Of a DNA stretch of 64,000 nucleotides, positions 1-7,486 are shown one piece after another. The stretch lies in contig JBDSPW010000007.1 in the NCBI GenBank assembly GCA_039930145.1, positions 22,383-86,382 on the forward strand, written 5' to 3'. How positions within the stretch are numbered: the first letter of the stretch is position 1; each line of letters begins with the position of its first letter. Made by a program: the position numbers and the translations under genes. The notes beneath the pieces are model-generated. The model was not told the DNA's origin and searched no databases. It was given only the letters and a program-made list of their open reading frames with translations. This DNA is from Candidatus Saccharimonadales bacterium (GTDB lineage Bacteria; Patescibacteriota; Saccharimonadia; Saccharimonadales; UBA4665).

Positions 1-43
1 ATCGTTGTGGGACATAGACTATGTGCTCCGTTATATTACTGGT

Positions 44-105
44 AACAAAAAGACGCGCCTTCTGATTCAATACTCTCGCAGGGTATTTAATCAGTAAGCG
101 CGTCT
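44..105 (-). terminator. Intrinsic-terminator-like hairpin (imperfect 17-bp stem) followed by a T-run on the minus strand
   Basis: Inverted repeat agacgcgccttctgatt (51-67) / aatcagtaagcgcgtct (89-105). The minus strand reads the stem and then TCTTTTTGTT. Confidence 0.6.
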
Positions 106-245
106 CGGACCCTTTAGCAAATGCTATTCGGGCGGTTCCACCGGACTTCCTAAACTTTTAACGGTCTAGGCACTTGTGACAGCGCGATATCGTTCGCTCT
201 GACTGCCGACGGAGTTCAACAGTTGGTTAGACCGTATCACCACTC
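45..245 (-). ncRNA. Candidate ~200-nt small RNA of unknown family, bounded by a promoter-like site and a terminator
   Basis: No ORF of 60 aa or more on this strand. A TTAGGT-N17-TACAAT motif lies upstream and a terminator sits at 44-105. An internal 8-bp helix ACGGTCTA/TAGACCGT is present. Confidence 0.3.
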
Positions 246-251
246 GATGGT

Positions 252-280
252 ATTGTAACACATCGCAAAACTTCACCTAA
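252..280 (-). promoter_or_regulatory. Sigma70-like promoter (TTAGGT, 17-nt spacer, TACAAT)
   Basis: On the minus strand the -35 TTAGGT is at 280-275 and the -10 TACAAT at 257-252, with an exact 17-nt spacer. Confidence 0.35.
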
Positions 281-481
281 CACTTAATATAATGCAGTTG
301 GTACGATATGGCTAGCCTTATTTTATTGTTTTTTTGACATGTGCACCTGTGGATAGTCTTCTTGGATTGACGTCATAGAAAGTATATTGGTTATGGTTAC
401 CCCTGCTATGTGGTTTCCCGATATACTTTTTATGGTGTTCATAAGTACCTCTAGTGGATCGTGCTTCACATGGCCGTTCTC

Positions 482-640
482 GGGGACAGCGGACTTCGTT
501 CTTTACCTTTCTCTAGAGGATGCGGGCTTAGCCCTTTTCCATGTCGTCTTTCTCGAAATATATTTCTGCGAGAGTCGACATTCCACCGAACCTCCCGTTC
601 GCTTTGCTCACTTGTCGGTTCGGGCCCTCGGGGCTGTCAT
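482..640 (+). ncRNA. Candidate structured RNA element of unknown family; strand uncertain
   Basis: Nested helices: GACAGC 485-490/GCTGTC 633-638; GGGC-TTA-GCCC 524-534; ATGTCG 541-546/CGACAT 576-581; TCTCG 551-555/CGAGA 569-573; CCGAACC 586-592/GGTTCGG 617-623. It ends at the terminator at 642-673. The overlapping ORFs look non-coding. Confidence 0.25.
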
Positions 641-641
641 T

Positions 642-673
642 AAAAATACCCCTGTTAGACAGGGGTATTTTTA
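642..673. terminator. Bidirectional intrinsic terminator (A-run, 9-bp stem, T-run)
   Basis: aaaaATACCCCTGttagaCAGGGGTATtttt. It lies immediately 3' of tRNA-Val on the minus strand and 3' of the structured element on the plus strand. Confidence 0.7.
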
Positions 674-674
674 A

Positions 675-751
675 TGGTGGGCTCTAGAGGATTCGAACCT
701 CTCACCTCCGCAACGTCAATGCGGCGCTCTAGCCAAATGAGCTAAGAGCCC
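675..751 (-). tRNA. tRNA-Val (anticodon GAC), CCA encoded
   Basis: The reverse complement GGGCTCTTAGCTCATTTGGCTAGAGCGCCGCATTGACGTTGCGGAGGTGAGAGGTTCGAATCCTCTAGAGCCCACCA folds as a cloverleaf. The anticodon loop is TTGACGT and the T-loop is GGTTCGAATCC. Confidence 0.93.
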
Positions 752-961
752 GCGTCGGAACCGACGCCCTTATCTCATTTTGCCAGAGGCAAAAGTTTCG
801 ATCGAGGGCTATGTTCCTCCTTTCAATTCTACATTCAGTCACTTTCGTTCCTTGGATTGTAGAATTGTACCTGAATGACTATAGCGGAAAATGCCCTTAA
901 TAACAAGGGTGAAATTGCACTTCTACCCCTGTTATTTGTCTACCCCTATCACGCCGGCATA

Positions 962-990
962 TTGACAATAACGCTAATTGCCGGTACTAT
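962..990 (+). promoter_or_regulatory. Strong sigma70-like promoter (TTGACA, 17-nt spacer, TACTAT)
   Basis: TTGACA at 962-967 and TACTAT at 985-990, with a spacer of exactly 17 nt. Confidence 0.5.
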
Positions 991-996
991 GGGTGA

Positions 997-1191
997 GTTA
1001 AACAGGGACTTTGGGTGAGTACCACACAAGCCAGCGCGCTTGACGTTTTTCAGTTGTTTTACGAAGAACTGGTTACAGTTCGACCAACAACTCGAATCCG
1101 TCGACTTCGCAACAACTAATTCAAGTATCTTACAGCGATCATAACCGTATGTCGCACAATCACACCTTAGGCAATGCCTAAGGTGTTTTTT
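997..1191 (+). ncRNA. Candidate ~195-nt sRNA or cis-regulatory leader upstream of nrdR; family unknown
   Basis: It lies between the 962-990 promoter and the 1162-1191 terminator. The only plus-strand ATG-initiated ORF I found reading through it by eye is a 10-codon one. Confidence 0.3.
1162..1191 (+). terminator. Intrinsic terminator (11-bp stem, 3-nt loop, T6)
   Basis: ACACCTTAGGC-aat-GCCTAAGGTGT followed by TTTTT. Confidence 0.7.
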
Positions 1192-1257
1192 GTTTATCCC
1201 CTGCATGCTGATGGTTATACACTAGCCAAATTAATAGCGTTATGACAATATGTAGTC

Positions 1258-1668
1258 ATGGTATGCATCTATTGCGGCAACAAAACCGACGTTATTAACT
1301 CTCGCCCTCAAAAGCGTTATAACAAAGTATGGCGCCGAAGACATTGTGAGGCATGTGGGGCAACATTTACCTCTATAGAAGCAGCGGCGCTGTCAGAAGG
1401 CCTTGTAATCGCTTCTAAAGGGCCAAAACCAACCTACCGCCCCTTTTTGCGCGATAAACTGTTCCTAAGTGTGTATAACAGCTGTCAGCACCGCACCACC
1501 GCTGTGGCAGACGCAACGGCGCTTACCGACACGATACTCGGTAAGTTACCCTCTATATCTACAAACGGGCTTGTCGACCGTGTTTCTCTACGAAAAAGCA
1601 CCTTACTGGTGCTTGAGCGTTTTGATACCAGTGCAGCTGTCCACTACGCCGCCTTTCACAAGGATTGA
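1258..1668 (+). CDS. nrdR: NrdR-family transcriptional repressor (Zn-ribbon plus ATP-cone)
   Basis: N-terminus MVCIYCGNKTDVINSRPQ...RRRHCEACGATFTSIE carries the CxxC...CxxC Zn-ribbon typical of NrdR. Length is 136 aa. Confidence 0.75.
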   Translation: MVCIYCGNKTDVINSRPQKRYNKVWRRRHCEACGATFTSIEAAALSEGLVIASKGPKPTYRPFLRDKLFLSVYNSCQHRTTAVADATALTDTILGKLPSISTNGLVDRVSLRKSTLLVLERFDTSAAVHYAAFHKD

Positions 1669-1828
1669 ACCCATTTCATATCTTTTCTCGGATAGTGAGA
1701 ACAAAGCTGGTGAGTGCCAGGCATGTGGAACGGGAGGAAGCGTAACGGTGATTACGCTGACAAGTGGTCTGCGTGCCTGGTACCGCCGGGTTTGATCGTA
1801 ACCGAGACAACGATATGAAATGGGTTCA

Positions 1829-3436
1829 TCAGCTAGTCTTTTTACCGGATTCGTCGACAACTGCTTTTTCGGTCACATCGAACTTATCGATATATTTGCG
1901 GAACATAAGCCGGGTCTGCGAATAAAAAGCTGCCGTCGAGTTATAACCAATGGTAGTGACGGGCAAATACACCCACTGCAGAATCATCCATAACGAGCGC
2001 CGACGCTTGTAACGCTCCGGTTTCGGCGGCAATGTCTTGAGAGCAATAAAGATCAGCACCACTGCACCGAGCATTGCAAAGCGCTGAATACGACTCAAGA
2101 TCAGCGGTAATTCGTTAGCCGCATAGCTCTGAGGGTGAAATAACGCCGGTACGTAACCTGCGAACAGTACGAGTATTGGGGCTGCTGCCCAGCTGACATG
2201 TCCCTCGATAAGACGCAGCGTCTTGCCAATAAGATCGACGAGTGGAACTTTATTTGGCTTAAAGAAACCTTTGTCGATTACATACGCAATGTCCGACGCG
2301 CCATACGTCCAGCGGCGCAGTTGGATAAACTGGGCCTTGAGTGTTTTGCGATAGTTGTCGGTCAGTACCGCATCCTGATAAATCGGGATATAAAGCGGCA
2401 GTACTCGGTAGTTGCCGTCATAGCGAAAGTACGACCGCCAGAACTGATGGCCGTCTTCGACGATAGTGCGGACGCTCCAAAAATCCATGTCAATCAGTGC
2501 CCTCATATTCTGCGCATGTGCCGAGAAGTTACGCAACATGTGCGGTCGCAGCGATAACACAATGTTATAAAACGAGTTGCCGGTAGCAATAACGCGCATC
2601 GGCGCAGGCGCATCCCAAATATTGTTGCTATAAATGGTCACTGGCTGGACGGAAACACGGATTGGATCCGGGCATGCCGCATAGACGTAACTTAATGCTG
2701 GCAAATACTGTTTATCGGGACGATTGTCCGAATCCAGCGTGGTAACAATAACGCGTGCCGGGTCGATGCCTTTCTTTTCGAGGTATTTCTGGAGTTCGCG
2801 GCCGGCATAGGTTACGTTACCGCCTTTGCCGATTACTTCGCCTTGCATGTTCTTGGGGTGGCGAATCGCCATAGCGTCAAGGAACTTACCTTTATACTCT
2901 TCGACGAGCGCTTTAGATTGTTGCTCGACCTCTGCGCCTCCACGCTCCTCGTAGGCCAGGATAAAAATTACCTGTTTCATATTGTAATGCGAAGCTAGGA
3001 CCGACTGTATCGTTGGCTCGAGCACTTCTCGACTTTCGTTATAGGTGGCAATAATAACCGCATGGATCATATCGCTCGGTTTGAGCAATGTCGGTTTTAA
3101 CTGCAGGCGATGCAGTGTTTCGGCGTGCCAGCGTGGCACATGTGCACCTGTGCTGAGCGTGCCCTTTTCTAGGTCTGCTAGCAATTGCGACCAATCGTAC
3201 TTTTGATGCTCCCGCAAAACACGGTATGCCTGCACGCCGCGAAGCGCCACGCCCATGCCGCGCACGACATAGATGAGCATATACGCCAGTACAAAAACTG
3301 CGGCAAGCGTGACATTTATAAGGCTGAGAATAAACGGCAAGAGTAGCAGCAGATACGAAAGTGCACCGGGCAATATCTCGAAGAAACGATAGTGACCGTG
3401 CCGGTCTTTTTCGTAAGGTATCTCTATGTCGGTCAT
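1829..3436 (-). CDS. Integral-membrane family-2 glycosyltransferase, processive (cellulose/chitin/PNAG-synthase-like)
   Basis: TLDSDN (DxD-type) and QLRRWTYG (QxxRW) motifs, with N- and C-terminal hydrophobic helices. Length is 535 aa. Confidence 0.75.
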   Translation of the reverse strand: MTDIEIPYEKDRHGHYRFFEILPGALSYLLLLLPFILSLINVTLAAVFVLAYMLIYVVRGMGVALRGVQAYRVLREHQKYDWSQLLADLEKGTLSTGAHVPRWHAETLHRLQLKPTLLKPSDMIHAVIIATYNESREVLEPTIQSVLASHYNMKQVIFILAYEERGGAEVEQQSKALVEEYKGKFLDAMAIRHPKNMQGEVIGKGGNVTYAGRELQKYLEKKGIDPARVIVTTLDSDNRPDKQYLPALSYVYAACPDPIRVSVQPVTIYSNNIWDAPAPMRVIATGNSFYNIVLSLRPHMLRNFSAHAQNMRALIDMDFWSVRTIVEDGHQFWRSYFRYDGNYRVLPLYIPIYQDAVLTDNYRKTLKAQFIQLRRWTYGASDIAYVIDKGFFKPNKVPLVDLIGKTLRLIEGHVSWAAAPILVLFAGYVPALFHPQSYAANELPLILSRIQRFAMLGAVVLIFIALKTLPPKPERYKRRRSLWMILQWVYLPVTTIGYNSTAAFYSQTRLMFRKYIDKFDVTEKAVVDESGKKTS

Positions 3437-3438
3437 AG

Positions 3439-3801
3439 TTAGCGCAGCATCAAAAGCGCATTACTTACGAGGAGCGCGAGCAGCAACAAGAGACTGCCCA
3501 TAGCAAGTACGACAATCGAGAGTTGACGATGAATGTGATACAGCTTGACGCTGAGGAGCGAGTGCACGCCCATCACGCCAACCACAAATACCATGAATGC
3601 TAAAATTTGGGCGATGCTCCCCTTAGTAAAGCGACTAATCGACTGCAGGTTAGAGCAGTCACGGCACTGAACTATATAATCAGAATGTCCTGATCCAACT
3701 CGCAGTGCAATCTGGATAAGCGCAAATGCCATTAGAAAGGCGTTAACGCTCAACAGCAAAAGAATAATTTTATCTTGAAAGAATTTTTTAGGAATTGTCA
3801 T
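3439..3801 (-). CDS. Small polytopic membrane protein, likely co-transcribed with the GT2 synthase
   Basis: 120 aa with 3-4 hydrophobic segments. Its stop lies 2 nt upstream of the GT2 start. Confidence 0.55.
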   Translation of the reverse strand: MTIPKKFFQDKIILLLLSVNAFLMAFALIQIALRVGSGHSDYIVQCRDCSNLQSISRFTKGSIAQILAFMVFVVGVMGVHSLLSVKLYHIHRQLSIVVLAMGSLLLLLALLVSNALLMLR

Positions 3802-3966
3802 AAGTTATACGTATTGTATCATTTCACTCGCGAGCCCGGAGAGTATAGCGCATGCGCGCATATATCTGCGTCGTATGCTCGATGCAAGCATCTGCGCGTG
3901 CTCCTTGCTATCGAACCCCGTTCGCTGCGCTCACTACGAGGGTTCGCCTCTTTCGATTCTTGACCA

Positions 3967-3996
3967 ATATCTGTAATCCATATGGATTACAGATAT
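3967..3996. repeat. Perfect 30-nt palindrome abutting the tRNA-Gly 3' end
   Basis: atatctgtaatccatatggattacagatat. Confidence 0.8.
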
Positions 3997-4071
3997 TGGT
4001 GCGGGTACGGAGAGTCGAACTCCGATCTCAGCCTTGGGAAGGCTACATAATAGCCGCTATACGATACCCGC
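3997..4071 (-). tRNA. tRNA-Gly (anticodon CCC), CCA encoded
   Basis: Reverse complement GCGGGTATCGTATAGCGGCTATTATGTAGCCTTCCCAAGGCTGAGATCGGAGTTCGACTCTCCGTACCCGCACCA. The anticodon loop is TTCCCAA. Confidence 0.9.
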
Positions 4072-4253
4072 TCGTCTCGTCCAAGCGTACACTGCTGTCT
4101 TGTTTTGCCGAGCTTCGGCAAAAGCTTCGACTTGCAGCTACGCTTCTCCTCTCAATTTCGTAAACACTTCGTTGGTTTACAAAATTGGCTCGCTGCAATC
4201 CCGCGAGGTAAACCAACGTAGTGTTTGCCGAGCGAGAGGAGCAACATTGAAGG

Positions 4254-4298
4254 CCCCACTTACTGCTTTGCCACTTGTTTGCAAAGCAGTAAGTGGGG
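4254..4298. repeat. 18-bp perfect stem-loop between tRNA-Thr and tRNA-Gly
   Basis: ccccacttactgctttgc-cacttgttt-gcaaagcagtaagtgggg. Confidence 0.8.
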
Positions 4299-4316
4299 TT
4301 GGAAATGATTGCGACG

Positions 4317-4392
4317 TGGAGCCATCTGCCGGGATCGAACCGGCGACCTGCTCGTTACGAGTGAGCTGCTCTACCAACTGAGCTAAGATGGC
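4317..4392 (-). tRNA. tRNA-Thr (anticodon CGT), CCA encoded
   Basis: Reverse complement GCCATCTTAGCTCAGTTGGTAGAGCAGCTCACTCGTAACGAGCAGGTCGCCGGTTCGATCCCGGCAGATGGCTCCA. The anticodon loop is CTCGTAA. Confidence 0.9.
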
Positions 4393-4545
4393 ATCTCCTA
4401 TCAAAAGAACAGGATAATTATACCAAAGGATGCATGAACCACCGAAATACAAGAAATGCCAGATTTCGTTCACATATTTTATGTATTCGACGTGCTAACT
4501 GTACCTGTTATTTTCACGTGAACTGTTTTTGTGTTCGCTTTTATT

Positions 4546-4560
4546 GGGCTCGACCGGGAT
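4546..4560 (-). pseudogene. 15-nt duplicate of the tRNA-Asp 3' acceptor/T-stem segment (att-like remnant)
   Basis: gggctcgaccgggat is identical to 4748-4762 inside tRNA-Asp, in the same orientation and about 200 bp downstream of the gene. Confidence 0.5.
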
Positions 4561-4703
4561 AGCGGGCTTTGCCCTTTATCACTAACATAGTCGACCGGAA
4601 ATCGCACGACTGCGGGCTTTCTCGGAGCTAGCTCCTGCGAGAGCCCTTGCCGACTGAACCGCGGCTACGCCGACTCCGGTTCAATCATGAGCAATGCTCA
4701 TCC

Positions 4704-4743
4704 ATAGAAAAAGACCCATACCTTTGGCATGAGTCTTTTTCTA
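4704..4743 (-). terminator. Intrinsic terminator directly after tRNA-Asp
   Basis: Minus strand reads AGAAAAAGACTCATGCCAAAGGTATGGGTCTTTTTCT: a stem followed by a T-run. Confidence 0.7.
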
Positions 4744-4819
4744 TGGCGGGCTCGACCGGGATTGAACCGGCGATCTCCTCCGTGACAGGGAGGCGTGATA
4801 ACCACTTCACTACGAGCCC
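4744..4819 (-). tRNA. tRNA-Asp (anticodon GTC), CCA encoded
   Basis: Reverse complement GGGCTCGTAGTGAAGTGGTTATCACGCCTCCCTGTCACGGAGGAGATCGCCGGTTCAATCCCGGTCGAGCCCGCCA. The anticodon loop is CTGTCAC. Confidence 0.92.
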
Positions 4820-5016
4820 TCGTCGGCATCGGCTAGGGAAGCTAGCCGGCCGACGAGCAGAAAACAAGTTTCATGCTCCTCAGCCCGCTAGCTTGGCGCC
4901 GTGCCTCCTCTCAAAATTTCAAAACTGGAATGTTTTAAATTTTTGGTAAGCTGCGACAACGATTAATCGTTGAACAACAGAGGTAATGATAGCAAACTGG
5001 CTCCGGAATTGCAACG

Positions 5017-6099
5017 CTAAACGGATATAAAGCGTCGAGGCTTGGTGTTGGTCTGCTGCTGATCGGTGTAGTAGCTGATATCTTTGAAATTTACCGCAAT
5101 ATGCGCCGCTTGGACTTTATCACCAGTAATCTGTGTAACTTTGACAATTTCTAATCGATAGCCGGTATTAATAATCGGCGAATACTCATTTTGGTTAAGA
5201 ACAAATAAGGCAGAAACAAGCTGCGGAGCGATGTCGCGATTAGTCCGGTCGATTGAGATGGGGTACACTCCCCCGGCAGGCGCGGTCGAAACATCTTCTG
5301 AGTATTTTTTGGCGGTCTCGCCAAAATCTGCACCTGACTGCAACGCAGCATAGGCATCGTTAGCTTTGTCATGTGTTTTGGTGTCCATTGTGGTCACCAC
5401 TTTCTGTTCTAACAACTCGTCTCGTAATTCACGACGAAAATCAGTTACACTCCAACCCCAGAACTCATTCAGCACGTCGCGAAATACTTGATCACTGCCA
5501 CCGAGTCGGTTTTGAGAGCGCACAAGTGCAATTTCGTTATCAACCTCTTTGTTGCTTACGGATACACCGTGTTCTTTTGCCAGCTGCTTGGCATACGCGA
5601 CCTGGAGCACTTTGTTCATGGAGCGCTTCTTGAATTCCGCCAACTGTTCTTTACCTGATTTGGACGAAAAATCGACTTGTTGTTGTGTCTGATAGTAGTG
5701 AATATAGTGGCGCAGCTCGAACAAGTAACTATTGTATGAGACGTACGACGAGCCTGCTTTGGCTACGGGAAACGGAATAACCTGCGTCACGGCATACACA
5801 AACCCCGAGGTAGACTGGAATTTGTACAGTGCGAGGCCAAAATAGACAAAGAAGCCAATAATCGCCGCTATGAGTAAGCTGACCGAAATCTTTACGACGC
5901 GGTGCTTAGAATGTTGGAGCGGGTAAATATACTTACGGGCACTCGAGAGCACTTCCTCGCGGTGAGCGGCGACCGTGTCATTTGTAATACGCGGCAAATC
6001 GTCGTTCTCGACGTCACGAGACTTCCGAAATGGCACTTTCGGTAATTTAATGGCTGGTTTAAGGTTTATTCTTTTACGTTTCATTGTAGACACGGGCAT
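5017..6099 (-). CDS. Membrane-anchored PpiC/parvulin-type peptidyl-prolyl isomerase (PrsA/SurA-like)
   Basis: N-terminal TM helix, a SurA-N-like region, and the parvulin-like block ADFGETAKKYSEDVSTAPAGG. Confidence 0.6.
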   Translation of the reverse strand: MPVSTMKRKRINLKPAIKLPKVPFRKSRDVENDDLPRITNDTVAAHREEVLSSARKYIYPLQHSKHRVVKISVSLLIAAIIGFFVYFGLALYKFQSTSGFVYAVTQVIPFPVAKAGSSYVSYNSYLFELRHYIHYYQTQQQVDFSSKSGKEQLAEFKKRSMNKVLQVAYAKQLAKEHGVSVSNKEVDNEIALVRSQNRLGGSDQVFRDVLNEFWGWSVTDFRRELRDELLEQKVVTTMDTKTHDKANDAYAALQSGADFGETAKKYSEDVSTAPAGGVYPISIDRTNRDIAPQLVSALFVLNQNEYSPIINTGYRLEIVKVTQITGDKVQAAHIAVNFKDISYYTDQQQTNTKPRRFISV

Positions 6100-6640
6100 T
6101 AATGGGGTTCGTATTTGCAGTGACCCCTTCCTGGCGCAAAATTTCTACAATTTTACGCTGTGTTTTCGCGGGATGGTGGATATGATGCAACATCAGATCA
6201 CCCACATAGGTTTGCATCTTTATTGTACCAAACCCGAGCAGTGTCTGCTCAAGACCATCAATCTCGTAATTTATGGATTGAATCTGATGCAGGCTGATAT
6301 CCGCTACACTACGGTGAAAGAACCCTTTCTGGGTAATCTGGATAAACCGCTGATTAGTAAGTATAAAGACGCTAAAGTGCCAGCTGACCCAAGGCAGAGC
6401 AAAAATAAGCAGCCCTAGTACAATGCCGCCGGCTAGGCCTCCAAAAAACCATCCGAAACCAAGGTTAGGATTAACTGCCGCCGGAATAACACCTATCAGC
6501 GGGCCAAGCATCCCGAAAACGAGACCTTTGCGCATCACAATCGGGTGCTGACGAAAGACATACCGTACATCTTCGTCGTCAAATTGATCCTCAAAATATT
6601 TTGGCTTTGGCGCCGTTTGAGTATCTTCAACCATGAGCAC
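6074..6640 (-). CDS. Membrane protein with a bacterial PH (YdbS/YdbT-like) domain
   Basis: Two TM helices followed by SVADISLHQIQSINYEIDGLEQTLLGFGTIKMQT, as in bPH_2 domains. Confidence 0.5.
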   Translation of the reverse strand: MLMVEDTQTAPKPKYFEDQFDDEDVRYVFRQHPIVMRKGLVFGMLGPLIGVIPAAVNPNLGFGWFFGGLAGGIVLGLLIFALPWVSWHFSVFILTNQRFIQITQKGFFHRSVADISLHQIQSINYEIDGLEQTLLGFGTIKMQTYVGDLMLHHIHHPAKTQRKIVEILRQEGVTANTNPINARVYNET

Positions 6641-6748
6641 ATTGTACCCTGTTGGCCGAGGAGAGCCAAGTGAGCTTCGTCTTATCTGTTATTGGGGGTA
6701 TACTGGTGGGTGTCGATGCTGATTTCAGCGCTGTAACAGTTAGCAATC

Positions 6749-6823
6749 GCCCCTGTAGTTCAATGGATAAAACAACTCCGTCCTAAGGAGAAGCTCTAGG
6801 TTCGACTCCTGGCGGGGGCACCA
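6749..6823 (+). tRNA. tRNA-Arg (anticodon CCT), CCA encoded
   Basis: GCCCCTGTAGTTCAATGGATAAAACAACTCCGTCCTAAGGAGAAGCTCTAGGTTCGACTCCTGGCGGGGGCACCA. The anticodon loop is GTCCTAA. Confidence 0.88.
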
Positions 6824-6826
6824 AAG

Positions 6827-6858
6827 TAAAAAGCTCGCAAATACTTGCGAGCTTTTTA
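6827..6858. terminator. Bidirectional terminator shared by tRNA-Arg (+) and ndk (-)
   Basis: aaaAAGCTCGCAAatacTTGCGAGCTTttt. Confidence 0.75.
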
Positions 6859-6874
6859 CTTGTAAGTGATGCTG

Positions 6875-7381
6875 TTACTTCTTTTTTGGCTGCGTGAAGT
6901 GCTCGTGAGTACTTTCGTAGTCGTGGAGTTCGCTATCGCTAAACCAGTGCGAAATCTCTTGCTCAGCTTCTTCGGCGTCGGCAGATGCATGAATGACGTT
7001 GGCTACGCCCTTGTTAACTTCAGAAGCTTGACTATAACTCACGTGTGCGTAGTCGCCACGAATGGTGCCAGGTTGAGCGCTTTTAGGCTCGGTGTCGCCT
7101 ACCATCTTGCGAACTTGCTCGGCAGCATTGACGCCTTCGAGCACCATAGCAATAACCGGACCGGTTTGCATAGTGTTCATGTTCTGCTCAAAAATTTCCT
7201 CGCCCTTGCGAGTTTTGAGAGTACCGATACCTTCGTAATGTTCATAATAGTGATCGTAGTCGGGTTGGAGCATCTTGGCACCAACAATTTTCAGGCCGAC
7301 ACGCTCAAAACGGGTCAGGACTTCGCCGACGATTCCGCGCATGACTGCATCTGGTTTAAAAATAACGAATGTTCGTTCCAT
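6875..7381 (-). CDS. ndk: Nucleoside diphosphate kinase
   Basis: MERTFVIFKPDAV...GTIRGDY...NVIHASD motifs. Confidence 0.93.
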   Translation of the reverse strand: MERTFVIFKPDAVMRGIVGEVLTRFERVGLKIVGAKMLQPDYDHYYEHYEGIGTLKTRKGEEIFEQNMNTMQTGPVIAMVLEGVNAAEQVRKMVGDTEPKSAQPGTIRGDYAHVSYSQASEVNKGVANVIHASADAEEAEQEISHWFSDSELHDYESTHEHFTQPKKK

Positions 7382-7486
7382 CTGGCTTCCTTACAATTAA
7401 ATTTTTGTTGATTTAAACGAATTATAACAGATGTAAGGACGCATTTCTAGCAGGCATTCCCCTCCCAAAAGCGCTACAATGAGGAC

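Noticed and set aside
135-165. AGGAAGTCCGGTGGAAC (minus strand) as the RNase P P4 5' strand
   Set aside because: It lies only about 100 nt upstream of a terminator at the 3' end of the putative transcript, whereas GGAAAGUCC must sit near the 5' end. No ACAGAA..CCGGCUU partner occurs downstream.
387-674. ORFs 387-674 (95 aa) and 461-643 (60 aa) on the plus strand
   Set aside because: Their composition is implausible (Cys/Phe/Ser-rich with no domain). The first starts at TTG, and they overlap a set of nested RNA-like helices and run into a terminator hairpin. I treated the region as non-coding.
949-1206. 85-aa minus-strand ORF
   Set aside because: It is antisense to a consensus promoter and terminator-bounded unit, is Cys-rich with odd composition, and has no RBS. 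It is likely spurious.
4177-4949. ORFs 4177-4473, 4647-4949 and 4685-4867
   Set aside because: They read straight through tRNA-Thr and tRNA-Asp genes and terminator hairpins, so they are not coding.
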